Below are positions 19,871 through 29,326 of a DNA stretch of 64,000 nucleotides, in pieces. Position 1 is the stretch's first letter. Each line of letters starts with the position of its first letter. Position numbers and translations under genes: made by a program. The notes under the pieces are model-generated. The model saw nothing but the letters and a program-made list of their open reading frames with translations. It ran no database searches and was not told the DNA's origin. Location of the stretch: positions 4,503,573-4,567,572 of the forward strand of contig CP016211.1 in the NCBI GenBank assembly GCA_001931535.1, written 5' to 3'. The stretch is from Minicystis rosea. Lineage in GTDB: Bacteria > Myxococcota_A > Polyangia > Polyangiales > Polyangiaceae.

Positions 19871-22335
19871 CGACGTCTCCTCCGCGCATCATGCCACGAG
19901 CCCGCGCGCCATCGCGCGCTCTGCGTGTTCTCGGTTGCCTCGTGCAGCCTCGTGCCGGCGTCGCTCCCCCACAGGTCGAGATCGACACGGGACCAGAGCC
20001 CGGTCCGCGCCCACAACTCGTCGAGATCGCGCTCCATGTCGCCCTGCGATCCGGCGTCGGTCAACGTCGACATCCGCAAATCGCGCGCGATGGCCACTGG
20101 CGTCCAAGGGGCGCCATGGCGATAGCGTAGCGAAGGATCGAGGTCGCGCTCCGCAAGCGCGGCGCGCCACACGCTGGGCTGTAGACGGGCCTCCGGCTCC
20201 ACGATCGGACCGAACAGCATGAGCAGCGCCTCTCTTGCCGCGTCAGCGAGCTCGGCGTCCGCTAGATGGTGCAGGAGGAACGACCACGTGAGCGGGTTGC
20301 CGAATCGGCCTATCGCGTGGAGTAAATCGGGCGTCATGGGCGTGCTGGCGATGATGTCCTCCAGATGCACCAAATCGTCCGCCGAACCACCCATTACGAA
20401 CAGCTCGGCGGCGCGCGTGCCCAGCGCCGAGACCAGGGGACGCCGCTCGCGTAGGGCACAGAGCGCGGCGTCGTCGCCCCACAACGTCACCGCGCGTGCG
20501 GCTTCCCACGCCACGCCGACGTCGGAATGCGAGAGAAGCGAGCCCACCCGCTCGTCCGCTTCCGGAGGCGGAAGCGGCGCCGCGATCCGCGTGAGCGCTC
20601 GAACCGCCGCGGCAACCCGAGCCGGAGCCTCGTTGTCGAGCAGCGACGATGCCCGCGCTACGTCGAGCGTGCCTCGACGCGACAGCACATCAATGCCGAT
20701 GGCGCTGGCGATCGGGTGATCGCTGTCGAGCAGATCCGCGGCGAAAGCAACCACACCAAGATGAGGCGACGACGCGAGCGCGTTCGTCGCAACGTGCACC
20801 GCATCGCTCGCGTCCACTGGCAAGCGCTCGAACATACGCACGAGCCCGAGGAGTCCGTCAGGACCGTTGACCAGGCCGAGGAGGAAAACTGCGGGCCAGA
20901 GTGCCCACACATGGCCCTCTGCATAGGCTCGCTCGCTCCAGTCGACCACGTCCACGAGCGCGCGCTCGCCCGAAACGAGGATGGCGTCGGCCAGCTTGAG
21001 GATGCGCGCCTCGCGCGTCGCTCGGAGTGCAAACGGACGCGTCACCCGATGCTCGGCGAGCATCGCCATTGTGTCGGCCGCGCTGGCGACGATGCCCTCC
21101 ATGAAGGCCTCGCTGGAGATCGGCGCCGTACGCTGATCGTCGAGATGAACCTCGACGGGGTTCGGCCGCACTGCGCTCGGCTCCTCGTCGCCGAGCGCCG
21201 TGTCTGCGAACTCGCGCGATGGCGCGTCGTGCGGCGGAGCGTGCGCGCACGGTCCCACGAAGGCCACGAGGCGCGGGCGGCCGAGGATCGCATGCTCCGG
21301 CCCCGGCGCGTTCGTCGCCATCGCGGTCATGGCGCACAGCCCCCGCGTACCGTCTCTCGAGACTGCCCAAGCGACGAACGGCGCCGCCCCAGCCGCATGC
21401 TCGCGCGCGGCGTGGTGCCGCTCTGCCGCGAGCCCGTGTGCGATCTGCGCAGCAGCGGAAGCAGCACCGACACGGCCGATCGATCGCTCGACGCACTCGA
21501 TCGTCATCGTCTCGTGCCAGAGCGCCGCGTGCCGCGCGGAGGCGCAGGTCCACTCTGCCATGCGAAGCGAGTCGATCTCGGCCTGGCCGTACACACGTGC
21601 GATCGGGCCGAGCCCGGCCGGCACGCCATCGAGCAGCGCAGCGAGGGCCGTCCCGTCGACGACCAGATCGTCATCGTCGCTGCCCGCGCCTTTCGTCGTC
21701 CCGGCGTAGTGTACAGTGCCGAGCGAGAGCCCGAGCTCGCGGGCGCCCGCGCCCTTCGTCACCACGAGCGCCGCAGCCGCCTCCGAGAGCGGCGGTGGCT
21801 CCCGCGTCCACGATGGCGGGTCGATCTCCAACTCTGCGCGCACGGCGTCGAGCGAGACGAAAGATTCGACCGCGACCAGCACGACCACGCGCACCTCGCC
21901 GGCCTCGAGCAACCGATCAGCCTCGAGCAACGCCGCGAAGAACGACGCGGCCCCCGTGAACACGCGCCGCAGCGGAGCAGGCGTTGCGGTTGCAAGCATG
22001 CTCGCCGCCGCTTGGCGATCGGCCTCAACGAGCCCTGGCCGCGTCGCTCCGAAGTTCATCAGCAGGGCCATGTTACCGGGCGCCACGTGCGGCATCCGCT
22101 CCAACACCTCGCTCGCCGATTGGAGTGCGCGCTCTCCGAGTGCGGCCAGCCGCTCCGCTATGGAGAGCTTCGCGCCGAGCCACGGGCAGTGGAACACCGG
22201 CGCGGGCTCGCCGTCGGTGCCGACGAAGGCCGACGGGGGGCAAAGACCAAGCCCCGCACGCACGAAGCAGGCGTGTTGGAGCGGCGTAAGCCCGATCGGG
22301 GACACCAAGGCCGAGCCGATGATCGCGAGGTTCAC
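19867..22335 (-). CDS. 822-aa protein: N-terminal thiolase/ketosynthase-like fold lacking the catalytic Cys, plus C-terminal HEAT/ARM-like repeats (candidate T6SS cargo)
   Basis: GTG start at 22335 overlaps the vgrG1 stop (GTGA). The N-terminus 'VNLAIIGSALVSPIG...' parallels the KS 'IAIIGMGCRFPG' motif, 'TGAASFFAALLEADRLLEAGEVRVVVLVAVE' aligns to the KS 'TACSSSL...' active-site region without Cys, and 'IGRVGAASAAAQIAHGL' is a KS C-terminal-like Gly motif. The C-terminal 350 aa hold repeated 'xxLLxxxDxxVRxAAxxAL' HEAT-like helices. Confidence 0.5.
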   Translation of the reverse strand: MNLAIIGSALVSPIGLTPLQHACFVRAGLGLCPPSAFVGTDGEPAPVFHCPWLGAKLSIAERLAALGERALQSASEVLERMPHVAPGNMALLMNFGATRPGLVEADRQAAASMLATATPAPLRRVFTGAASFFAALLEADRLLEAGEVRVVVLVAVESFVSLDAVRAELEIDPPSWTREPPPLSEAAAALVVTKGAGARELGLSLGTVHYAGTTKGAGSDDDDLVVDGTALAALLDGVPAGLGPIARVYGQAEIDSLRMAEWTCASARHAALWHETMTIECVERSIGRVGAASAAAQIAHGLAAERHHAAREHAAGAAPFVAWAVSRDGTRGLCAMTAMATNAPGPEHAILGRPRLVAFVGPCAHAPPHDAPSREFADTALGDEEPSAVRPNPVEVHLDDQRTAPISSEAFMEGIVASAADTMAMLAEHRVTRPFALRATREARILKLADAILVSGERALVDVVDWSERAYAEGHVWALWPAVFLLGLVNGPDGLLGLVRMFERLPVDASDAVHVATNALASSPHLGVVAFAADLLDSDHPIASAIGIDVLSRRGTLDVARASSLLDNEAPARVAAAVRALTRIAAPLPPPEADERVGSLLSHSDVGVAWEAARAVTLWGDDAALCALRERRPLVSALGTRAAELFVMGGSADDLVHLEDIIASTPMTPDLLHAIGRFGNPLTWSFLLHHLADAELADAAREALLMLFGPIVEPEARLQPSVWRAALAERDLDPSLRYRHGAPWTPVAIARDLRMSTLTDAGSQGDMERDLDELWARTGLWSRVDLDLWGSDAGTRLHEATENTQSARWRAGSWHDARRRRR

Positions 22336-24917
22336 GGCGTGTCCACCTCTCCGCTCTGTTGCGCTTTGCCATTGATGGTGACGCTGGTCGCCTTGAGCAG
22401 AACGCCGCCCGATGACACCGAGAAGCTCGAACTGCCGCAGTGGAACGTCACGATCCCGCCCGTGAGCGACATCGCGCCACCGACCTTGATGCTGAGCGCG
22501 CTCCCAGACTTGATGCGATGGTCCTTGCCCGCCGTGCTCGTGAATGAGCCGCTGACGGTGCGGTTCAGCGCCGTCTTTACCGCCTTCACGATGTTGCCGC
22601 CCAACGCCGAGATCCGGATGCTGGCAGCCTTGTCGACGGAAGCGCCCAGCGTGCTCGTGGAAACGCTCGTCGCTTGGATGTTGTGATCGCCCCCGACAGC
22701 GAAGACGGAGCGACCCAGCGTGGTCCACCGGACCATGGCCGGCGTCATCACGGCATGGGGACCGCCGATCAACTCGACCATCGCGCCATCAACCTTGGCG
22801 TTGCGATGCCCCGGCCCGGGGCCAGCCGGACCGTTGGCCCCGGCATCCGGGCCAGCGGCGCCGCCGCCTGGCGCGGTGCCGCCTTCGCCGTCGTGGTCAG
22901 GCCGCGGTTCCCACGGAGCGTAGCCAGCACCATACACCGCGGCCATGACCGCATCGGCCCCGGGGATGTGCCCGAGGACTGCTTGAATGGCCGCGTCCTT
23001 GGCGCCCTCCTCGCCGCCGTGGATCGCCCCGGCCGCGACCCCAGCAGCGGTGCCCGCGACATGAGGTACCAACGCGCCGACGGCTGCGACGGTCTTCCCC
23101 CACCTGCCCATGGCCTCGCCGAGCTTGGCACCAGCAGCGGACGCTGCATGAATCGCGGCGGCTTCGGCGAGCGCCACGACACCATCGACGGGGTTGCCGA
23201 CCCTCTCCAAGAGCGCGCCGCCCACAACAACCGATTCGCTCCCTGCCAGGATGCCCATGTCGCCCTTGACGCGAATCGTCTGCGAGCCCCCTACGGCGAG
23301 CGACTGCGAGCCCGCGTCCGTCACGTACTGCAACTTGACGGAGACCTTCTCGCTCGCGCCGATCGAGAACATCTGCGCGCCGCCTACGGCGCAGACTTCG
23401 TTGCCCGCCGTCTGCGTCATCATGTTGTTGGCGACGACGGTGGTCTTTCCCGTGCCCGCGGACCACGCCATGTGCTGACGGCCTGCGACGTCGTCGAAGC
23501 GCACGGCGTTCTTGCGTGCTCCACCTGGCGAGCTCGACGTGGCGAGGCTCGTCACGGTCTTGTTTGCCGGCAGGCTGTGCGGCGGGCCGTGTTTCGCATT
23601 GTACGCGCGACCGACGACTACGGGACGATCGGGATCGCCATCCTCGAACGCGACGGCGACCTCCCAGCCGACGCGCGGGATCAGCATGGATCCAGGGAGG
23701 TTCGGCTGCGCGACGCGGACCGGGAGGCTGCTCGTGTCGTCCGTGGCGCCCTCGCGATCCCAGAAGAAGCGCACCCGCACGCGACCAGCTGCATCGGTGT
23801 GGATCTCCTGCCCGGGAGGCCCCGTCACGACCGCGGTGTGCAGCCCGGCGATTCGCGGGCGCGGCGTCACGCGAGGCAGGCGATACGGGACGTCGAGCGG
23901 GATCGCCGACACCTCCAGCTCGTAGCGAGGCTCGTCTGCGCGCCATCGGTGGTCGATCGCGACGGCTACGTGCGGTCCATTGGGCCGCGCCGCGCCCCGG
24001 TAGTCGCTGCTAGGCTCCATGCGAAATGACAGCCCGGGGGCGAGGGCGAGCGCCGTACTTGCGAAACGTATCGCGCGCGCGTCGGCGCGGAGGCCCTCCA
24101 AGAGCAGCCGTGCGCGCCTTGCCCCCGCGCCGGGCGTCTTGAAACGACCCGGCGCTTCGTAAACCTCCACAGCCTTCTCCGCGCCGAGCCCGTCCAGCCC
24201 GGTGCCTTCGAGCAGGGCCGTGGGGTGCTCTGGGTCGAAATCGCGCAGCGTGACCGTGCCGGCGCGGCGTCGCCGACGCGCCGAACAATCCGACGCGACC
24301 GCGCGATCGGGCACGAGGTGCGACGCGTCCACAAGCGGGAGCGGAGCGGACAGCGCGGGCGGCGCGCTCACGGAGGAGTCTTCCAGCACGAAGGCGTCGA
24401 AGCCGTCGCGCGGCTCGAAGCGGAAGTAGAGTCCCTCGTCTTCGCACAGCCGGCGCACGAACGTGAGATCGTCCTCCGCGTACTGCACGACATACTCGCG
24501 CGGGGAGTGCTTGGTCAGGAGCGAAGATGCCACGTGGTCGGCGTCGAAGCCGGCAGCGCCGAGCACCTTACGAATCACGTCGGGCACGCTCATGTGCTGG
24601 AACACGCGCGTCCGCCTCCGGAGCGAGAGCACGTGGACGGCCGAGCGCACCATCAGCTCGTACCGACGCGCATCCGTCTCCTGCGCCGTCGCGATGGCGA
24701 TGAAGCGCGTGACGATCCCGTGGAACACGCGCTCTCCGGCCGCAGTTGCGCAGAAGACGGCGCACGCCTTGCCGAGCACTGCGCGGGCGTCCACGGGCTC
24801 TGGAGAGACCATCTCCAACTCGGCAACGAGGGGCTCGCCCAGCGCCTCGTGCATGCGCAAGGCGCGGCACTCCAGGGGAACGCGCGCATCCGCCAGCCGA
24901 AACATCACGTGTGCCAT
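22332..24917 (-). CDS. vgrG: type VI secretion spike protein VgrG (paralog 1, 861 aa)
   Basis: Gp27/gp5-like core with 'RPRIAGLHTAVVTGPPGQEIHTD', 'IPRVGWEVAVAFEDGDPDRPVVVGRAYN' and 'GARKNAVRFDD', then a beta-helix of GxxxVxVGG repeats and a Gly/Ala/Pro-rich C-terminal extension. Confidence 0.85.
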   Translation of the reverse strand: MAHVMFRLADARVPLECRALRMHEALGEPLVAELEMVSPEPVDARAVLGKACAVFCATAAGERVFHGIVTRFIAIATAQETDARRYELMVRSAVHVLSLRRRTRVFQHMSVPDVIRKVLGAAGFDADHVASSLLTKHSPREYVVQYAEDDLTFVRRLCEDEGLYFRFEPRDGFDAFVLEDSSVSAPPALSAPLPLVDASHLVPDRAVASDCSARRRRRAGTVTLRDFDPEHPTALLEGTGLDGLGAEKAVEVYEAPGRFKTPGAGARRARLLLEGLRADARAIRFASTALALAPGLSFRMEPSSDYRGAARPNGPHVAVAIDHRWRADEPRYELEVSAIPLDVPYRLPRVTPRPRIAGLHTAVVTGPPGQEIHTDAAGRVRVRFFWDREGATDDTSSLPVRVAQPNLPGSMLIPRVGWEVAVAFEDGDPDRPVVVGRAYNAKHGPPHSLPANKTVTSLATSSSPGGARKNAVRFDDVAGRQHMAWSAGTGKTTVVANNMMTQTAGNEVCAVGGAQMFSIGASEKVSVKLQYVTDAGSQSLAVGGSQTIRVKGDMGILAGSESVVVGGALLERVGNPVDGVVALAEAAAIHAASAAGAKLGEAMGRWGKTVAAVGALVPHVAGTAAGVAAGAIHGGEEGAKDAAIQAVLGHIPGADAVMAAVYGAGYAPWEPRPDHDGEGGTAPGGGAAGPDAGANGPAGPGPGHRNAKVDGAMVELIGGPHAVMTPAMVRWTTLGRSVFAVGGDHNIQATSVSTSTLGASVDKAASIRISALGGNIVKAVKTALNRTVSGSFTSTAGKDHRIKSGSALSIKVGGAMSLTGGIVTFHCGSSSFSVSSGGVLLKATSVTINGKAQQSGEVDTP

Positions 24918-24925
24918 GGCTCGTC

Positions 24926-27118
24926 CTACCCGTCGGTCTTGTCGGTGCCGGTGACCTTGGTCTTCACGCCGCTCTCGAATGGGCCCTGCACGTCGATCGA
25001 CGTCGGCGTCATCTTGACCGTCATGCCCGCGGCCTCGATGGTGAGGCTGCTCTTGGCCTTGACGATCACCTTGCTCCCCCGGAGCGACGCCGAGCCATCG
25101 ATCGAGAGCGATGCCGCTCCCTTGAAGCCATCCTGTACGAAGCCGGCGGCCGAGACCTTGTAGGAACCGAACGACTCATCGAGCGCGATCGCCTTCAGCC
25201 CGTACTGCGGCGCTCGCACGTTGATCGGTCCACCGCTCGCTCGCACGTGCGCACCGGTGACGCCGACCACGGAGGCCACGGTGCCGATCTCGTGCCAACA
25301 CCCGCCCACGACCACGGCGGCGCCGCCGCTCACGTGACGACTGTGCCCCGCGATGGCCGTCTCGATCTTCGCCGCGCCCACGACACGCGCCAGCGTGCTC
25401 GAGACCTCTGTGGCGTAGTCGCCGCCGACCTCGAATAGCCGCGCCCCGCCGACCGAGACCGACTCGGAGCCGAGGCCGAAGGCCATCGCGCCGCCCACGT
25501 TGACGGCGCGGCTCGCGCCAACCGACGTGCTCTGCGCGCCGTCGACCTTCACCGCGCACACCGCGCCGACGATCTGCGTGCGGTTCGCACCGATCTCGTG
25601 CTTGTCGGTGCCCTTGACGTCTACGGTCTTGTCGCTCTCGGTCCGCTCGTTGTAGTCCGACGACGCGTTGAGGAGCATGTCTTCGTGCCCCGCGGCATCG
25701 TCCATACGCAGGGTGTTGGCGCTGCCGCCTCCGGGCGTCGTGCGCGATCCGAACGCGCTTCGGACCTTCTGTGCGGGTAGCGCCTCCGCGGGCCGTGCCG
25801 CGCCGTTGTCGAGCCGGCCGAGCACGTAGGGCTTGTCGGCGGACGCGCCCGAGAACCCGAGCAGAGCCTCCCACCCGACGCGCGGCAAGAACACCGAGCC
25901 GGACGTTTGCGGCTGGAGCGGCCGGATCCAAGTCGAGCTGGTTTCGTCCTTCTTGCGGCGCCGATCCCAGCGCAGGAGCGCGGTCACCTGGCCGTGCGCG
26001 TTGGTGTGGATCTCCGTGCCGGCCGGCCCTGTCACGGTCGCGGTCTGGACTCCGGCGATCGTTGGCGGCTCGGCACGACGCGGGCGGTACGGCGTCTCGG
26101 CCGGGATAGCGATGAATTCGGCATCGAACCGGCGGCCGTCGCGACCAGTTGAGTCGTTGCCCCGCAACTGCCATCGCACGTCGAGCAGGAGCCAGCGCGC
26201 GTTGACATCCTTCCGCGCTGCCCCCGTGAGCTCGAACGTGCGGCCCGGCGCGAATCGTCGGCAATTCGTCTTTCCCGTCAGCAGGACGCGCTCGGCGCGC
26301 GCCTCTTCGAGACGCAGATTGGCGACCACTTCGCCCGCGGCAGGATCGCGGTAGCCACCGGGCATCTCATTGCACGTCAGCGCTCCGACCCCTGCTCTCG
26401 CCTCTGCCCGAAGATCGGCGCGGGGATGCTCGAAATCGTAGTCGCAGAGGCGCACGGCGTCGCGCACGACCGCGCGCCGGAGGCGCACGGCGAATACGCA
26501 GTCCTGCTCGACGAACCCGGCGTCCGCCGCGAAGGGAAGCAGCGCGTCCCCAGCTATCGGCGCGAAGGCGGCAGGGCTGTCCGCGAAGACCACGACATCC
26601 GACCCGCTCTCGTGGTCGACGAACCACGCGATCCCTTCGGCGGCGAGGAGCCGGGAGAAGAAGGCAAGATCGCTCTCGAACGCCTGCACGCACTGCGCAT
26701 GTTTCGGTAGCCGGCGCGACACGCGCACGTCGACGTCCAGGCCGTGCTCCGTCAGCACGGCCCGCGCGATCTCGGCTGCGTCCTGCTGAAGAAAGACCTG
26801 ATGGTCGATCGCGTCCGCGAGCGGAGCGACGCGAGGAGCGATCGTCAGTCGCAGCTCTCCGTAGCGCTGTTCCGCGTCCTCAACGACGCCATGCACGGTC
26901 CGCTCGCCGCCGTCGCCCAACGCCACGGCGAACGTCGCCCGTTGGCCCACCAAACCGTCGAGGTCCACGGCGGCCTTCTCCCCGGAGCCATCGACTGCGC
27001 ACGCCGTGACCACGATCGTGAACGGCTGGCCGAAACCCTCCACGCCGCGCGCGCTCTCCACGAGCAGGCGCTCCGCCGCACCTTCCACGACAAGGCGTCC
27101 GAGTCGTTCGCGTGCCAT
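24926..27118 (-). CDS. vgrG: type VI secretion spike protein VgrG (paralog 2, 730 aa)
   Basis: 'PPTIAGVQTATVTGPAGTEIHTNAHGQV', 'LPRVGWEALLGF...KPYVLGRLDN' and beta-helix repeats. The start ATG directly abuts the vgrG3 stop (TAGATG). Confidence 0.85.
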   Translation of the reverse strand: MARERLGRLVVEGAAERLLVESARGVEGFGQPFTIVVTACAVDGSGEKAAVDLDGLVGQRATFAVALGDGGERTVHGVVEDAEQRYGELRLTIAPRVAPLADAIDHQVFLQQDAAEIARAVLTEHGLDVDVRVSRRLPKHAQCVQAFESDLAFFSRLLAAEGIAWFVDHESGSDVVVFADSPAAFAPIAGDALLPFAADAGFVEQDCVFAVRLRRAVVRDAVRLCDYDFEHPRADLRAEARAGVGALTCNEMPGGYRDPAAGEVVANLRLEEARAERVLLTGKTNCRRFAPGRTFELTGAARKDVNARWLLLDVRWQLRGNDSTGRDGRRFDAEFIAIPAETPYRPRRAEPPTIAGVQTATVTGPAGTEIHTNAHGQVTALLRWDRRRKKDETSSTWIRPLQPQTSGSVFLPRVGWEALLGFSGASADKPYVLGRLDNGAARPAEALPAQKVRSAFGSRTTPGGGSANTLRMDDAAGHEDMLLNASSDYNERTESDKTVDVKGTDKHEIGANRTQIVGAVCAVKVDGAQSTSVGASRAVNVGGAMAFGLGSESVSVGGARLFEVGGDYATEVSSTLARVVGAAKIETAIAGHSRHVSGGAAVVVGGCWHEIGTVASVVGVTGAHVRASGGPINVRAPQYGLKAIALDESFGSYKVSAAGFVQDGFKGAASLSIDGSASLRGSKVIVKAKSSLTIEAAGMTVKMTPTSIDVQGPFESGVKTKVTGTDKTDG

Positions 27119-29326
27119 CTACGCCCCCACCTTCGACGTCGCCTTACGGGCCGTCGTGGCGGCGTCGATCTTCGTCGTCCCGCCGTCCACCATCAGTTTG
27201 CCGCCGATCTTCGCCGTCGAGCCGCCGGTCGCCTTGAGACTGCCCGCGACCTTGATTGTGATTGTCGGCGCCTCGATCTGGATCTTGCCGCCCGCGCTCA
27301 TGCTCACGGTGCCCCCAACCTTGATCCGGCCAACAGCCGCCAACGTCTCGACGTCGCCCGCGGCGGTCTCCGACACCGGACCCGCCGAGACGGCCTTCGC
27401 GCCGGTCACGCTCTCATCACAGCCGCGCCCAGCGACGACGTTGCGCGCGCCGCCGACCAGCTCGATCCGCATGTCGGCCACGCTCTCGTGCGTGCCAAGC
27501 CCCGCGAGCGCCGCCAAGTTGCCGCCGACGAGCTCGGCGTACGCGCCCTGAACAGTGGTCATGGCCTCGTTGCACTGGAGGCCGTAGAGCGCGCCGATCG
27601 CCTCCGTGTAGCTCCCGACCTTCACGTGCCGATTCGCTTTGACGCCGATGTCCTCCACCGCGCCCACCGTCTCGGTGCGCGCGCCTTTGACGAGCGTCTG
27701 TACATCTGCCCCCACGTCGACATTCTGCGAGGCGCCCACGGTGATCGCCTGCGACTTCACGTGCACGCCATAGCCGCCGCTGATGTCGTGCGTCTCGTTC
27801 GCGCCGACCTTCGTGCTCGCGTTCGCACCGACGCTCACGCCTTGGGTGTTCGACGCGTGAACAAACATCTCCTGCCCGCTGGCTGCATCGCCGAAACGGA
27901 TCTCGTTCGACGTTCCGTCGTGCGGCGACGTGTTCGATCGCAGCGCCGAGGTCGCCTTCATCGCCGGCAGCGCATAGGGCGGCGCCGTTATCGCGTTGTA
28001 GACCTGGCCGAGCACCAATGGCTCGTCCGGGTTCCCATCGACGTACGCCACGCCTACCTCCCACCCCACGCGCGGCAGGAGCATCGAGCCGCCCATGTTC
28101 ATTTGCAGCGTGCGCGTCCATCGCGACGACGTGTCGTCGAGGGTGCCCGAGGGATCCCAAGGCAGCGCGAGCTTGACCGAACCGAGATCGTCGACGTGGA
28201 TCTCCTCTCCGCGCGGGCCAGTCACGAACGCGGTCTCGACCCCCTCGATCCTCGGCCGGATTGCCGGGGGCGATGGCCGGAACGTGCGTTCGTTCCCGTC
28301 GAGCGAGCGCGGCACGAGCAGGACGCGGTTGCGATAGGGCCAAGCCGTCGTGGTGCTGTCCGCTGCCTGCTCGAGCGCGTGCTCAACCTCCACGATTAGC
28401 CAGTGGCCGTTGAACGCAGCGTCAGCGGCGCCGTGGATCCCCACCACACGGCCGGGTTGAAGCCGCGTGCACCCGCTCTCTCCGCGCGCTGAGACCTGGA
28501 GCCGTTGAAGCTGTGCCAGGCGCACGCGCGCGCGGGCCTCCGCGGCGTCGGCGTGCAGCACACAGGCCGGGAACTCGAACCATTCGCACGCGCCGTCGCC
28601 GGCCCGACCTTCGATCAGCACGTCCGGCTGGTGCACGTCGTAGTCGCGCACGTGGACCGCGTCGTGCGCCAGCTCGTCGGCGCGCGCGAGCGAGAAGAAG
28701 GACGACACCGTGCCTGACATCCCGCTCGCGTCGGCGAAGGGCACGCGCACGTCGCCGAGGATGCCGTCGTAAGAGCCTGGGGCGTCACCGAAGACGATGC
28801 GCGGCTCGCCCTCGTGCGCGTCGAACCAGTACGAAATGCCCTCTTCGGCGAGTAGCCGCTCGATGAACGTCCATTCGCTCTCGTCGTACTGCACGCACTG
28901 CATGCGGCGGGCGTAGCGGCCCGCGAGCCGCCAAGTTACGTGCATCGCGGGCACGCACGCATCGCGGAGCACCTCGTCCACGATCTCCTGCGTCGTCTTC
29001 TTCTGGAAGATGCGATAGCCGCTCCGGAGGCTAAGCGGCCACACCTCGACGGACAGCTCGAGAACGTAGCGGTGCTCGTCGCGGTACGGCCCATCGTAGG
29101 CCGCGTGCGTGACCACGAGAGGGATGTCCCGCTCCGGTCCGTCGCCGTCGTCGGCGAGCCGCAGCGCGGCTTGCGCGAGGCCAAGCCCGTCGAGGTCCAC
29201 GTCGGCGTCCTCCGTGAGCACGTCTACGGTCCAGTTCGGAAGCGCGTTCATCGCTTCGAGCCCGCGGACGTGGACCACGCGGCAGGCGCCGAGCCCTTCG
29301 CACGACAGCGACACGTACTTGCTCAT
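27119..29326 (-). CDS. vgrG: type VI secretion spike protein VgrG (paralog 3, about 735 aa)
   Basis: ATG at 29326 (M20 of ORF 27119..29383) with a GGAGAG RBS. 'RPRIEGVETAFVTGPRGEEIHVDDLGSVK', 'LPRVGWEVGVAYVDGNPDEPLVLGQVYN' and C-terminal beta-helix repeats. Overlaps the upstream gene stop (ATGA). Confidence 0.85.
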   Translation of the reverse strand: MSKYVSLSCEGLGACRVVHVRGLEAMNALPNWTVDVLTEDADVDLDGLGLAQAALRLADDGDGPERDIPLVVTHAAYDGPYRDEHRYVLELSVEVWPLSLRSGYRIFQKKTTQEIVDEVLRDACVPAMHVTWRLAGRYARRMQCVQYDESEWTFIERLLAEEGISYWFDAHEGEPRIVFGDAPGSYDGILGDVRVPFADASGMSGTVSSFFSLARADELAHDAVHVRDYDVHQPDVLIEGRAGDGACEWFEFPACVLHADAAEARARVRLAQLQRLQVSARGESGCTRLQPGRVVGIHGAADAAFNGHWLIVEVEHALEQAADSTTTAWPYRNRVLLVPRSLDGNERTFRPSPPAIRPRIEGVETAFVTGPRGEEIHVDDLGSVKLALPWDPSGTLDDTSSRWTRTLQMNMGGSMLLPRVGWEVGVAYVDGNPDEPLVLGQVYNAITAPPYALPAMKATSALRSNTSPHDGTSNEIRFGDAASGQEMFVHASNTQGVSVGANASTKVGANETHDISGGYGVHVKSQAITVGASQNVDVGADVQTLVKGARTETVGAVEDIGVKANRHVKVGSYTEAIGALYGLQCNEAMTTVQGAYAELVGGNLAALAGLGTHESVADMRIELVGGARNVVAGRGCDESVTGAKAVSAGPVSETAAGDVETLAAVGRIKVGGTVSMSAGGKIQIEAPTITIKVAGSLKATGGSTAKIGGKLMVDGGTTKIDAATTARKATSKVGA

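Noticed and set aside
20527-22686. 719-aa plus-strand ORF
   Set aside because: It is antisense to the 822-aa gene and the vgrG1 end. R/H/E-rich junk composition.
25176-28399. Long plus- and minus-strand ORFs inside the vgrG2/vgrG3 region (362, 551 and 308 aa)
   Set aside because: They overlap bona fide VgrG coding sequence in other frames or strands, with Arg/Gly-rich composition.
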